Shown here piece by piece: positions 21,792-29,765 of a stretch of 56,706 nt of DNA. The notes under the pieces were generated by a model. It was not told where the DNA came from, searched no databases, and saw nothing but the letters and a program-made list of their open reading frames with translations. Where the stretch lies: contig CALVMK010000016.1 in NCBI GenBank assembly GCA_944345545.1, positions 1 to 56,706 of the forward strand, written 5' to 3'. Numbering within the stretch: the stretch's first letter is position 1; each line of letters starts with the position of its first letter. The translations under genes were made by a program, and so were the position numbers. This DNA is from an uncultured Clostridia bacterium (GTDB lineage: Bacteria > Bacillota > Clostridia > Christensenellales > UBA1242).

Positions 21792-24377
21792 ATGGAGTTA
21801 GGTTTTTTTGTTCCTGTTAAAAGTGCTCAAAAAGGCGATAATTCAGTTGTTGGAAATCAAGCAGTTATATTTAATGACAAATATAACGAAACTATTTTTA
21901 TAAGCTCAAGAAAAGAAGATGAGCCTAGAATTTTAGTAGATTTAAACAAAAAAACAATGTCAATAGACTTTTCACATTGCTTAAATGGCTATGAAAGGTT
22001 AATGAGTGTAAATGGAGCTTCTAGTTACCACATAGGTAATGGTATTTTTACGTTTCCAATTAAAAGCGTAACTATTGACGGAAAAGAAAATTTTTCATTT
22101 GAAATTGATAGCATTAAACATACATTTGAAGTTGGTTCGCAATCTTTTTCAATAACCGACCAAAGCAAAAATAAAACAGTTTTAAGCTCTCTAACAAGCG
22201 ATTTTTATAATGTAAATTTTAGTCAAGATGTTTTAAAAAATTTAACACCTTCTAAAAAATGCACTTTGCCACAAATTAGAGTAACAGCTTTACCAATTCA
22301 AATGGCAGAATTTTTAGAAAAAAATAAAGAATTAGCCACACAAAGCGGACTAGAAACTCTTAACATTAAAAACATTCATCTTGTTAAAATAAATAACAAT
22401 ATTATGCTTGCTCGTGGCAACAGTTTAGTTCCTATTGCTGATGCAAAAAACATTAATAGTTCTGTTTTTTTTGCAAAAGTTGGTGAAGATTATCATGTAA
22501 CCTTTGGAATGAGTTTAAATGCTTCAGGACACATAGTAGATGCAGTTGGGGCTTCAAAACTCACAGAACAAGATGCAACTGAATTAAAGGCTTTTTTAGG
22601 TCATACTGGCAAAATTCTTAGCCAAGATGAATATGCTTCTTTAAAAATTCAAGCAAAAAAACTTACTGTTTATAATGAAACAACAAAAAAAGCTGAAACT
22701 ATTTCTCCAATGCCACAACCACAAAGAAATTTTGAGAGCACAGAACAAACAAATATAGAGAGCGAAAATCAACCCGCTTCAAACAATTTACCAACATTAC
22801 AAGTGCACGCTCATGATAAAAACAAACATGACGATGATAATGGAGATAGCGAACATGGTTTGGCAATAATGGAAAACACTCAAACAAACCAAAATTCAGC
22901 TGACACACAAGTTGAGCCTCCACCTTTTGAAAACGCTCCAGAGGCTTCCACTGAAGCTAACACTCCTAACGCAGAAAATAACGCTTCTGAAGAAAATTTG
23001 CCACCAATTACAGATGATGTTCCAAACCCAGAAGCTTCTGCTCAACCTGAAGTTACAAATTCTCAACAACCTTCAGCTACTCAAACCGCTCAAGCAAGCC
23101 CAGCAAGGTCAGCTCCTAAAAAAGATTTTAAAAAAGACGCAGCTAAAATAAGTGGAGTTCTTTCTAAATTCTTAGGCTTTGGGCTAGTTGTTGCAGCAGT
23201 GGCAACACCAGGGGCTATTGCTATGTTAGCGGTAGGCACAACATTTTTTTTAACAGGATATACATCTGACGATTTTGTTGATATTGTAGAAGCACTTTTA
23301 AGATATTCTCAACGACCAAGAGCTGACCGTCAACCAAGACAACAAACAATGCAAAACGCTCAGCAGGCTCAAGAACAAAATCTCGAAAACGCTCAATCGC
23401 ATGAACAGAATTTGGAACAAACTGACGACCTTGAAGGAAATAATCCTTCTCAAAACGAAGAAATGCTCGCACTAGAAGGTAAAGAAAAATTATTGCTTAC
23501 AGGAAGAGACTTAGAATTAGAAAATAGTGATGATGACCAAAAGCTTTTAACAGGAAAATCACTTGAGTCCGCTACTAATGATGAAGAAATTTTTGATAAA
23601 GAAACAAAAGATTTAAAAGATGCAATTCAAGATAGTTTTAAAAAGTTGTCTGAACTTCATAACAACACCGTTAATGAAGAACGTAAAGTTATTGAAAGAA
23701 CGGAAAAGGCTTTACAACAAGAACAAACAATATTAGACCAAAAAAGTGTTGAATATAAAAACATTTATGAAAACCCAAGTTCAACAGAAGAACAAAGAAA
23801 TGTTGCTGCTGAAGGGTTAAAAAACATACAAGCTCAAAAAGAACAATTAGCTATTAAAAAAGCAACTTTTGAAAAACAAAAAGCGGAAATAGAAAAAATT
23901 GTTAATGAAGAATTTAAACCTTTAGTTTTAGATTTAGAAAAACAACAACATGATATTGAAGATAGCATTAGCGACATAATAACACAAGAAAATGGCGGAA
24001 CAAAAGTTGCTGATGGAACATATTTTTATGAAGGTTTTGACTCTTCTGCAAGAGAACGCAAAAAACAAGAAAAACGTAACAAAGAACAATTAGAACAGGC
24101 TTCTGCCCAATTATTAAACGAAGAACTTCTTGAAGAAGATGCTAAAGCTGAAAAAGATGAAATTGAAAATGATAAACAAACAAAAACATCTTCATTAGAA
24201 GAAGACAAAGCAAAACTTAAAGATAAAATGCTTGACCTTAAACAAAAACAAGATAAAATGCTAGATAAAGAAAAAGGTCCTTATGCAAAAATTAAAGGTG
24301 TTGTTGAAAAAATTAAAGGTCTTTTTAAAAGTAGTTCTCATACTCAAAACAACTCTAACGAACAAAATTTTGATTAA
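21792..24377 (+). CDS. Hypothetical 861-aa protein: globular N-domain, Pro/Gln/Asn/Glu-rich linker, internal hydrophobic hairpin, long charged C-terminal region
   Basis: ATG at 21792 is preceded by AAAGGAGAAAAT. No N-terminal signal peptide. Hydrophobic stretch ISGVLSKFLGFGLVVAAVATPGAIAMLAVGTTFFLTGY in mid-protein. The C-terminal ~350 aa are E/K/Q-rich and look coiled-coil. Confidence 0.8.
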   Translation: MELGFFVPVKSAQKGDNSVVGNQAVIFNDKYNETIFISSRKEDEPRILVDLNKKTMSIDFSHCLNGYERLMSVNGASSYHIGNGIFTFPIKSVTIDGKENFSFEIDSIKHTFEVGSQSFSITDQSKNKTVLSSLTSDFYNVNFSQDVLKNLTPSKKCTLPQIRVTALPIQMAEFLEKNKELATQSGLETLNIKNIHLVKINNNIMLARGNSLVPIADAKNINSSVFFAKVGEDYHVTFGMSLNASGHIVDAVGASKLTEQDATELKAFLGHTGKILSQDEYASLKIQAKKLTVYNETTKKAETISPMPQPQRNFESTEQTNIESENQPASNNLPTLQVHAHDKNKHDDDNGDSEHGLAIMENTQTNQNSADTQVEPPPFENAPEASTEANTPNAENNASEENLPPITDDVPNPEASAQPEVTNSQQPSATQTAQASPARSAPKKDFKKDAAKISGVLSKFLGFGLVVAAVATPGAIAMLAVGTTFFLTGYTSDDFVDIVEALLRYSQRPRADRQPRQQTMQNAQQAQEQNLENAQSHEQNLEQTDDLEGNNPSQNEEMLALEGKEKLLLTGRDLELENSDDDQKLLTGKSLESATNDEEIFDKETKDLKDAIQDSFKKLSELHNNTVNEERKVIERTEKALQQEQTILDQKSVEYKNIYENPSSTEEQRNVAAEGLKNIQAQKEQLAIKKATFEKQKAEIEKIVNEEFKPLVLDLEKQQHDIEDSISDIITQENGGTKVADGTYFYEGFDSSARERKKQEKRNKEQLEQASAQLLNEELLEEDAKAEKDEIENDKQTKTSSLEEDKAKLKDKMLDLKQKQDKMLDKEKGPYAKIKGVVEKIKGLFKSSSHTQNNSNEQNFD

Positions 24378-24391
24378 TAGCAACAAAAAAA

Positions 24392-24427
24392 CTTCCTTTT
24401 TCATATATACAAAAAGGAGGTTTTTTT
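24392..24427 (+). terminator. Intrinsic-terminator-like hairpin whose 3' arm contains the RBS of the next gene
   Basis: CTTCCTTTTT (24392-24401) pairs with AAAAAGGAGG (24411-24420) in a 10-bp stem with one G-U. The loop is CATATATAC. A T7 run follows and is directly followed by the ATG at 24428. Confidence 0.55.
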
Positions 24428-24730
24428 ATGCTTTTTATAAAAGAAAATTTAAGCACAATTCCAAACAAAAAATTCACTAAAGAAGAACTTATTCAAGCTG
24501 TTAGACAGGATATAATTGGAGAGCTTGAAGCTATCAACCAATATGATTACCACCAAATGTCAACCGATAACATCGTCGCCAAAAAAATTCTTAGCACAAT
24601 TAGAGATGAAGAAAAAGTTCATGTGGGAGAGTTATTTACCCTTTTAAGATATTTAGACCCCACAGAAGCTGACTTCTTTTTAGAAGGTGAAAGTGAAGCA
24701 AAAAAAATTATTGAAAGCTTAAAACAATAA
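24428..24730 (+). CDS. Encapsulated-ferritin-like (EncFtn/ferritin-like superfamily) protein, no shell gene nearby
   Basis: 100 aa. GELEAINQYDYH ... IRDEEKVHVGELFTLLRYLDP resembles, from memory, the EncFtn signature (EELEAVDWY ... DEEKEH, with the ExxH iron ligands). AAGGAGG RBS. Confidence 0.68.
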   Translation: MLFIKENLSTIPNKKFTKEELIQAVRQDIIGELEAINQYDYHQMSTDNIVAKKILSTIRDEEKVHVGELFTLLRYLDPTEADFFLEGESEAKKIIESLKQ

Positions 24731-24951
24731 CAAATGTATGTTATTTAATAAATAATGTAACAAAAATTAATTACTTTTTATTTTTACAACATTTAAAATC
24801 TAAAAATTTATAGAATTTATAAACTAATATTTGAAAATTTGACAATTTATATTTTTTTTATACATTTTTTTGTTTAAACGAATAAAATAGCAAACTCTGA
24901 ACAATATAAGTTTAGCTAAAAACTAGCTAAATTTAATAAAAGGAGAGTGCT

Positions 24952-25497
24952 ATGAACAAAAAATTTAAGCTTATTGGAACTGTTGCCTCACTTTGCCTTG
25001 CTATTTGCCTTATGGGAATAGGTGTTTATGCTGCAAGCTCCGTTTCATTAAATGTTACTTCAAATGTAACCTTTAATGCGGAATCTGTTTTCGTGGGCTA
25101 TAAAGGTAAAATTGAAAGAGCTACAACTGGCGACTTTGATTCTCCAGAAGAACTTGTTGCCGAACATGCAGATTGGGTTACAAACGGTTCTACAGGGGCA
25201 GCTTCTTCTGGTGCATTAACAGCTTGGAACCCAGCAGAAGTAAGTTTTGAAGAAGGTAAACAATTTATTAGATACACAATTACTTTCCAAAACAATTCTG
25301 GTTTTAACATTAAAGTAGTTTCTTCTAATGTTCCAACCACAGCAGACGGTGTTACAGCAACAGAAAACGCTACTGCTTTAAAATCTATCGCTCCAGATGC
25401 AACTGCTGTTTGGACTTTAACATTAGAATTAACAGACGTTTCTGGCTCAGTTAATTTAGAAGTAAACCCAACTTTTACAATTACTCAAGCTGTATAA
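24952..25497 (+). CDS. Small secreted or anchored protein, probably beta-rich, with a TasA/CalY-style (SipW-class) signal region
   Basis: 181 aa with AAAGGAGAG RBS. The N-terminus MNKKFKLIGTVASLCLAICLMGIGVYAASS has the K-rich n-region, hydrophobic core and G.G.YA end. The mature part is Thr/Ser/Val/Asn-rich. Confidence 0.72.
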   Translation: MNKKFKLIGTVASLCLAICLMGIGVYAASSVSLNVTSNVTFNAESVFVGYKGKIERATTGDFDSPEELVAEHADWVTNGSTGAASSGALTAWNPAEVSFEEGKQFIRYTITFQNNSGFNIKVVSSNVPTTADGVTATENATALKSIAPDATAVWTLTLELTDVSGSVNLEVNPTFTITQAV

Positions 25498-25520
25498 ATT
25501 TAGTAAAAAAAATAAAAAAT

Positions 25521-25547
25521 AGCTACAATTATTTGTAGCTTTTTTTA
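25521..25547 (+). terminator. Intrinsic terminator
   Basis: AGCTACAA / TTGTAGCT stem, TTAT loop, T7 run. Confidence 0.72.
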
Positions 25548-25779
25548 TATAAATTATATTTTTATTTCTTACAAAAATTATTTTTTTAATAATTTGTTTT
25601 CCCTTTATTTAAAAGACTTTTAAATATTTTTTTTATAATTTAAAATATTTTTAATTTTTAAAAATCATTAATAAAAATTAATATTATTGTTTATTTTTGT
25701 AAAATCTGCTTAATTTTTTATATTATTTTTACTTACTTATTTTTTTATTTAATACTTAATAAAATAATTAATTAAATAA

Positions 25780-27228
25780 TTAGCCAATAATTATATTGTC
25801 TTCAAACCAAGAATAAAAAAATGTCTGCAAATTTTTTCCAGATACTTTTTCAAAACATTCAATCATATCTTGCGGTGTTACAGTTTTATACATGTTATTT
25901 TTATAGTAATATTTTAAACATTTTATATATGTTTTCTCACCAAGAAATTCATAAAGCGTGTCGTGCATCAAATAAGCTTTAACATAAGCCGTGTAAACAT
26001 ATTCTTGCTCGTTTGAAAATTCGTTTAATGCTCTATTAAAAGATGTGTCAACATCACCTAGAACACTTGTGTATATTTTTTCAAAAACATTGTAATTACT
26101 TTGATTTCTAAGTGTTATTTGACTTCTTGAAGTGTTGTATTCTTGATTTATATCATAAAAAAGTGCCGTGCTAAATTCTGCCAAACCTTCATCTAGCCAA
26201 CCATAATTAAATTGGTCATTTCCAACAACTCCATACCACCATTGATGTGCTATTTCATGTATTATAACTGTAGTGTAAGTTTCATAATTAGCTAAGTTGT
26301 CTGAAATTAAAACTAAATTTGGAAATTCCATTCCACCGTGAACAAAACTAGCTTCCACAACATTTAAAACATTATATGGATAATCTCCAAATAAATTGCT
26401 AAAGGTTTGAACTGATAAAACACTGGTTTGCAAACTTTTTTCAGGATTTTCGTCATCATAATAGTAGTAATTTATAGTTGTATCACCAACATTTGATGAT
26501 ATAACATTAAAATTTTCACTTAAAACAAAAACAAAATCTCTTACCTTTTCAGCATTAAAACTTACTACCTTATTTCCATCTTCCACACTTTCACTCACCT
26601 TTTCCCCTGTTGCCGCTATAACATATTTTTCTGAAAAAACTATTTTTACACTATAGTTAGAAATTTCGCTGTAAAAAGGGTCTCCATTTGAGTTATACCC
26701 ATTTAGGTCAAATGCTCCGTTTTCATAAACACATAAAATGGGAACTGCATTACCAAAATTTATTGTGTTTTCTCCAACTCCAATTCTATGATTAATTTCT
26801 GGAAGAGTTGTTTCAAACTCTAAATTTATATTAACATCTTCATTAGGGGCAAGTGGACTAGAAAGCTCAACTTTTAAAATGTTTTCATCATCACCTATTA
26901 AACTATAGCCATAATTTGAACTTGTTATTTCTATATCTCCATAGCTCTTACCGTTATAATAAGCTCTATTATAATTTGCTAAACTTACCACGCCTTGATT
27001 TGACCCCTCTCTAAAAGCGTTGGGATATAAATGAAAACAAACATGATTAAGCTCAACCCCTGTATTGTTTACATAATTTACGCTCATTTCACCAGCTAAT
27101 TTGTTTTCTTGGTCATCATAAGCTAGCTTTATTTCATAAAAGGTATATTCTGTTTGCCTTTCTTCCCCACAACCAAATAAAATTAAACTTAGCATTACGG
27201 GCATTATTAATAAAAAAATTTTTTTCAT
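25780..27228 (-). CDS. M1-family zinc metallopeptidase, lipoprotein
   Basis: 482 aa. Lipobox LILFGC in the signal peptide. HEIAHQWWYG followed 18 residues later by E (HExxH-18-E gluzincin motif). Confidence 0.88.
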   Translation of the reverse strand: MKKIFLLIMPVMLSLILFGCGEERQTEYTFYEIKLAYDDQENKLAGEMSVNYVNNTGVELNHVCFHLYPNAFREGSNQGVVSLANYNRAYYNGKSYGDIEITSSNYGYSLIGDDENILKVELSSPLAPNEDVNINLEFETTLPEINHRIGVGENTINFGNAVPILCVYENGAFDLNGYNSNGDPFYSEISNYSVKIVFSEKYVIAATGEKVSESVEDGNKVVSFNAEKVRDFVFVLSENFNVISSNVGDTTINYYYYDDENPEKSLQTSVLSVQTFSNLFGDYPYNVLNVVEASFVHGGMEFPNLVLISDNLANYETYTTVIIHEIAHQWWYGVVGNDQFNYGWLDEGLAEFSTALFYDINQEYNTSRSQITLRNQSNYNVFEKIYTSVLGDVDTSFNRALNEFSNEQEYVYTAYVKAYLMHDTLYEFLGEKTYIKCLKYYYKNNMYKTVTPQDMIECFEKVSGKNLQTFFYSWFEDNIIIG

Positions 27229-27272
27229 AATGTAAGTTATGCCGTCTTGTCCAGCAAAATGACAAATAAGCT

Positions 27273-27300
27273 TTGACTTTTTTTTCTTTTATGATAAAAT
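27273..27300 (+). promoter_or_regulatory. Candidate extended -10 sigma-A promoter for dnaB-dnaI
   Basis: TTGACT (27273-27278), 16-nt spacer ending TGa, then TAAAAT (27295-27300). Confidence 0.42.
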
Positions 27301-27319
27301 AAATTCCACGAGGTTCATT

Positions 27320-28759
27320 ATGGCATTTTGCAAGTTTTCATCGGAATATGTAATTAGTAAAGAAACACAAATAGATAATCTATTTATTAATGAATTTTTG
27401 CCTTACGCACCAGCAGAATGCGTAAAGGTTTATATCTATGGCTTATATAAATGCTCAAGTGCAAGTGCGTACGACAATACTATTGAAAATTTTGCAAAAG
27501 TTCTAAATTTAACTGAAGAAGAAATTGAAGATGCTTTTCTTTATTGGCAAGAACAAGGGCTTGTTCAAGTTTTAAATACATGTCCCATTGAAATTAGATT
27601 TATGCCTTTGAAAAATGTTATTAACAACACAAAAAAATATAAACCAGAAGAGTTTGCGACCTTTAACCGTCAAGTTCAAGAAATTTTAGAAGGCAGACAA
27701 ATCACTCCAACAGAATACGATGAATATTATTATCTTCTAAAAACATTACATTTTCAACCAGAAGCATTGTTAATGATTATCAAGTTTTGCACGCAAATTA
27801 AAGGTGCTAATGTTGGATATAAGTACATAATAACAGTTGCAAAAAATTGGGCTAATGAAGGAATAACAACAACAAAAAGCGTTGAAGAAAAACTAATTAA
27901 TTATGAACAATCAGGCTCTGACATAGAAAAAATATTAAAAATTTGCGGAATAAAACGTTTGGCAACCTTGGAAGAACGTGAATTGTTTTTAAAATGGACA
28001 AAAGAATTAGGCTTTGAAATTAAAACTTTAGAATATGTTGCAAATCTTATGAAATCTAGCAAAGTCAATTTTGAAAAATTAGATGCTCGTCTTACTAAAT
28101 ATTATGAAATGAAAAAACTATCGGTTAAAGAAATTGAAGACTATGAAACACAAAAAGCTGATATGTTTAAACTTGCAAAAGATATTAATAAAAAAATGGG
28201 ACTTTATTATGAAAACCTAGAACCAATTGTTGATAGTTACATTTCAAAATGGCTTAACCTTGGGCATAATAATTCTTCTTTGTTGGCACTAGCAGATTAC
28301 TGCTTTAAAAATTCTATTAGAACGTTGGAAGGTTTAGATAGCACAATTTTAAAACTTTACAAGCTTGGCATAGTTAGTGTTGAATCGATTTCGCAATATA
28401 TGAACGAACTTATTTCATTAGACAAGGAAATCAAAGAAATTCTTGAAAAGCTTGGAATTTCAAGACTTGTTACAAATCAAGACAGAACATATTACAAAAC
28501 TTGGACTCAAATTTGGAACATATCTCCAATGCTCATAGATGTTGGCGTAGAAATGTCTATTGGAAAATTTCAACCAATTCAATATATGAACAAACTTCTT
28601 TCAAATTGGCATACGTCGAATGTAAAAACTGAAGAAGAAGCAAGAAAACATGTTTTGCAGGATAAGGAAATAAAAGTAACTTCAAATAAAAAAGGTAGAA
28701 GTTACAAAAAAGAAGAATTAGATGCTCTTTTTGATAGCTTAGAGGAGATTGAACTATAA
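27320..28759 (+). CDS. dnaB: Replication initiation / membrane attachment protein (Bacillus-type DnaB, DnaD-like domains; not the helicase)
   Basis: 479 aa. The size, the repeated DnaD-like helical modules (...LFLKWTKELGF..., ...TYYKTWTQIWN...) and a 1-nt stop/start overlap with a DnaI-like loader mirror the B. subtilis dnaB-dnaI operon. Confidence 0.78.
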   Translation: MAFCKFSSEYVISKETQIDNLFINEFLPYAPAECVKVYIYGLYKCSSASAYDNTIENFAKVLNLTEEEIEDAFLYWQEQGLVQVLNTCPIEIRFMPLKNVINNTKKYKPEEFATFNRQVQEILEGRQITPTEYDEYYYLLKTLHFQPEALLMIIKFCTQIKGANVGYKYIITVAKNWANEGITTTKSVEEKLINYEQSGSDIEKILKICGIKRLATLEERELFLKWTKELGFEIKTLEYVANLMKSSKVNFEKLDARLTKYYEMKKLSVKEIEDYETQKADMFKLAKDINKKMGLYYENLEPIVDSYISKWLNLGHNNSSLLALADYCFKNSIRTLEGLDSTILKLYKLGIVSVESISQYMNELISLDKEIKEILEKLGISRLVTNQDRTYYKTWTQIWNISPMLIDVGVEMSIGKFQPIQYMNKLLSNWHTSNVKTEEEARKHVLQDKEIKVTSNKKGRSYKKEELDALFDSLEEIEL

Positions 28760-29667
28760 TGGAAAAATATATTAAAAACATTTTAGCGGAACGAAAAATT
28801 AATGCTGAAAAAAAAGCTGATTCGGCATTAAATAATGCGTTAAAAGATTCCACATTTAAAAAACTATATAGCGAATATAATGAGCAAATAATTAACAAGG
28901 CAAAAAGTGAAGTTTATAACACAGCCTTTGATAATAAAAATTTAGAAAAAATAGAAAACAATTTAAAAAATAGACTAAAAGAACTTAACATTAATTACAA
29001 CGATTTTACTCCGCATTATCATTGCAATAAGTGCAAGGACACTGGAATTTTTGAAAATCAAGAATGTGAATGCGTTAATCAAATAAAATCAAATGAACTA
29101 TTAAAGCGTTGTGGGCTAAACTTTAAACCACATAGTTTTGAAGATAGCAAATTTGACATATTTGACAACCCAAGTCTTCTTAAAAATTTATACACAGCCA
29201 TGAAAAAGTGGTGCCAAACAACAACAGAAGTTAAAAATATTATTATTAGTGGAAATAGTGGGGTTGGTAAAAGTTTTTTACTTGAATGTATGCTAACTGA
29301 GCTTTTAAAAGAAAAAAAATATGTTTTATATACAACCGCCTTTTCGCTATCTCAAGATTTGTTAAAATATCATACAACTTTTGATTCATCAAAAGAAGAA
29401 ATCATATCTCCTTATCTAAAATGCGACATTTTAATAATAGACGATTTAGGAACAGAACCAATTTTTAAAAACGTTAATGAAGAATATTTATACTTAATTT
29501 TAAATCAAAGAGTTTTTGAAAAAAAGCCAATTCTAATATCAACAAACTTGACCTTACCAGAAATCCAAGAACGATATGGAGAAAGAATTTTATCACGTTT
29601 AATTAATAAAAATCTTTCAAAACTATTTAGAATTGAAAACACCGATTTAAGATTAAAAAAATTTTAG
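28759..29667 (+). CDS. dnaI: Primosomal helicase loader DnaI (DnaC/IstB-like AAA+ ATPase)
   Basis: 302 aa. N-terminal zinc-binding Cys cluster HYHCNKCKDTG..ECEC, Walker A GNSGVGKSFL, Walker B ILIIDDLG. Confidence 0.85.
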   Translation: MEKYIKNILAERKINAEKKADSALNNALKDSTFKKLYSEYNEQIINKAKSEVYNTAFDNKNLEKIENNLKNRLKELNINYNDFTPHYHCNKCKDTGIFENQECECVNQIKSNELLKRCGLNFKPHSFEDSKFDIFDNPSLLKNLYTAMKKWCQTTTEVKNIIISGNSGVGKSFLLECMLTELLKEKKYVLYTTAFSLSQDLLKYHTTFDSSKEEIISPYLKCDILIIDDLGTEPIFKNVNEEYLYLILNQRVFEKKPILISTNLTLPEIQERYGERILSRLINKNLSKLFRIENTDLRLKKF

Positions 29668-29729
29668 TCAAGTTAAAAATTTATTAAATAAAAAATCTTT
29701 TAATTTAATAAATCAACTTGACTTTTTTT
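29666..29729 (+). terminator. Long AT-rich hairpin terminator after dnaI
   Basis: AGTCAAGTT (29666-29674) pairs with AACTTGACT (29715-29723), with further internal pairing, followed by a T6 run. Confidence 0.6.
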
Positions 29730-29765
29730 ATTTTTAATGTAATTTAATTAAAAATTTTTTTAATT

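Noticed and set aside
24731-25497. An encapsulin shell gene expected next to the EncFtn-like gene.
   Set aside because: The only downstream ORF encodes 181 aa with an N-terminal signal/anchor sequence. It is too small and wrongly targeted for an HK97-fold shell protein.
25548-25779. The long, extremely AT-rich intergenic stretch between convergent genes, considered as a repeat array or origin.
   Set aside because: I saw only short homopolymer and TTTTTAAT-like low-complexity runs. There are no phased repeats, DnaA boxes or palindromes beyond the terminator.
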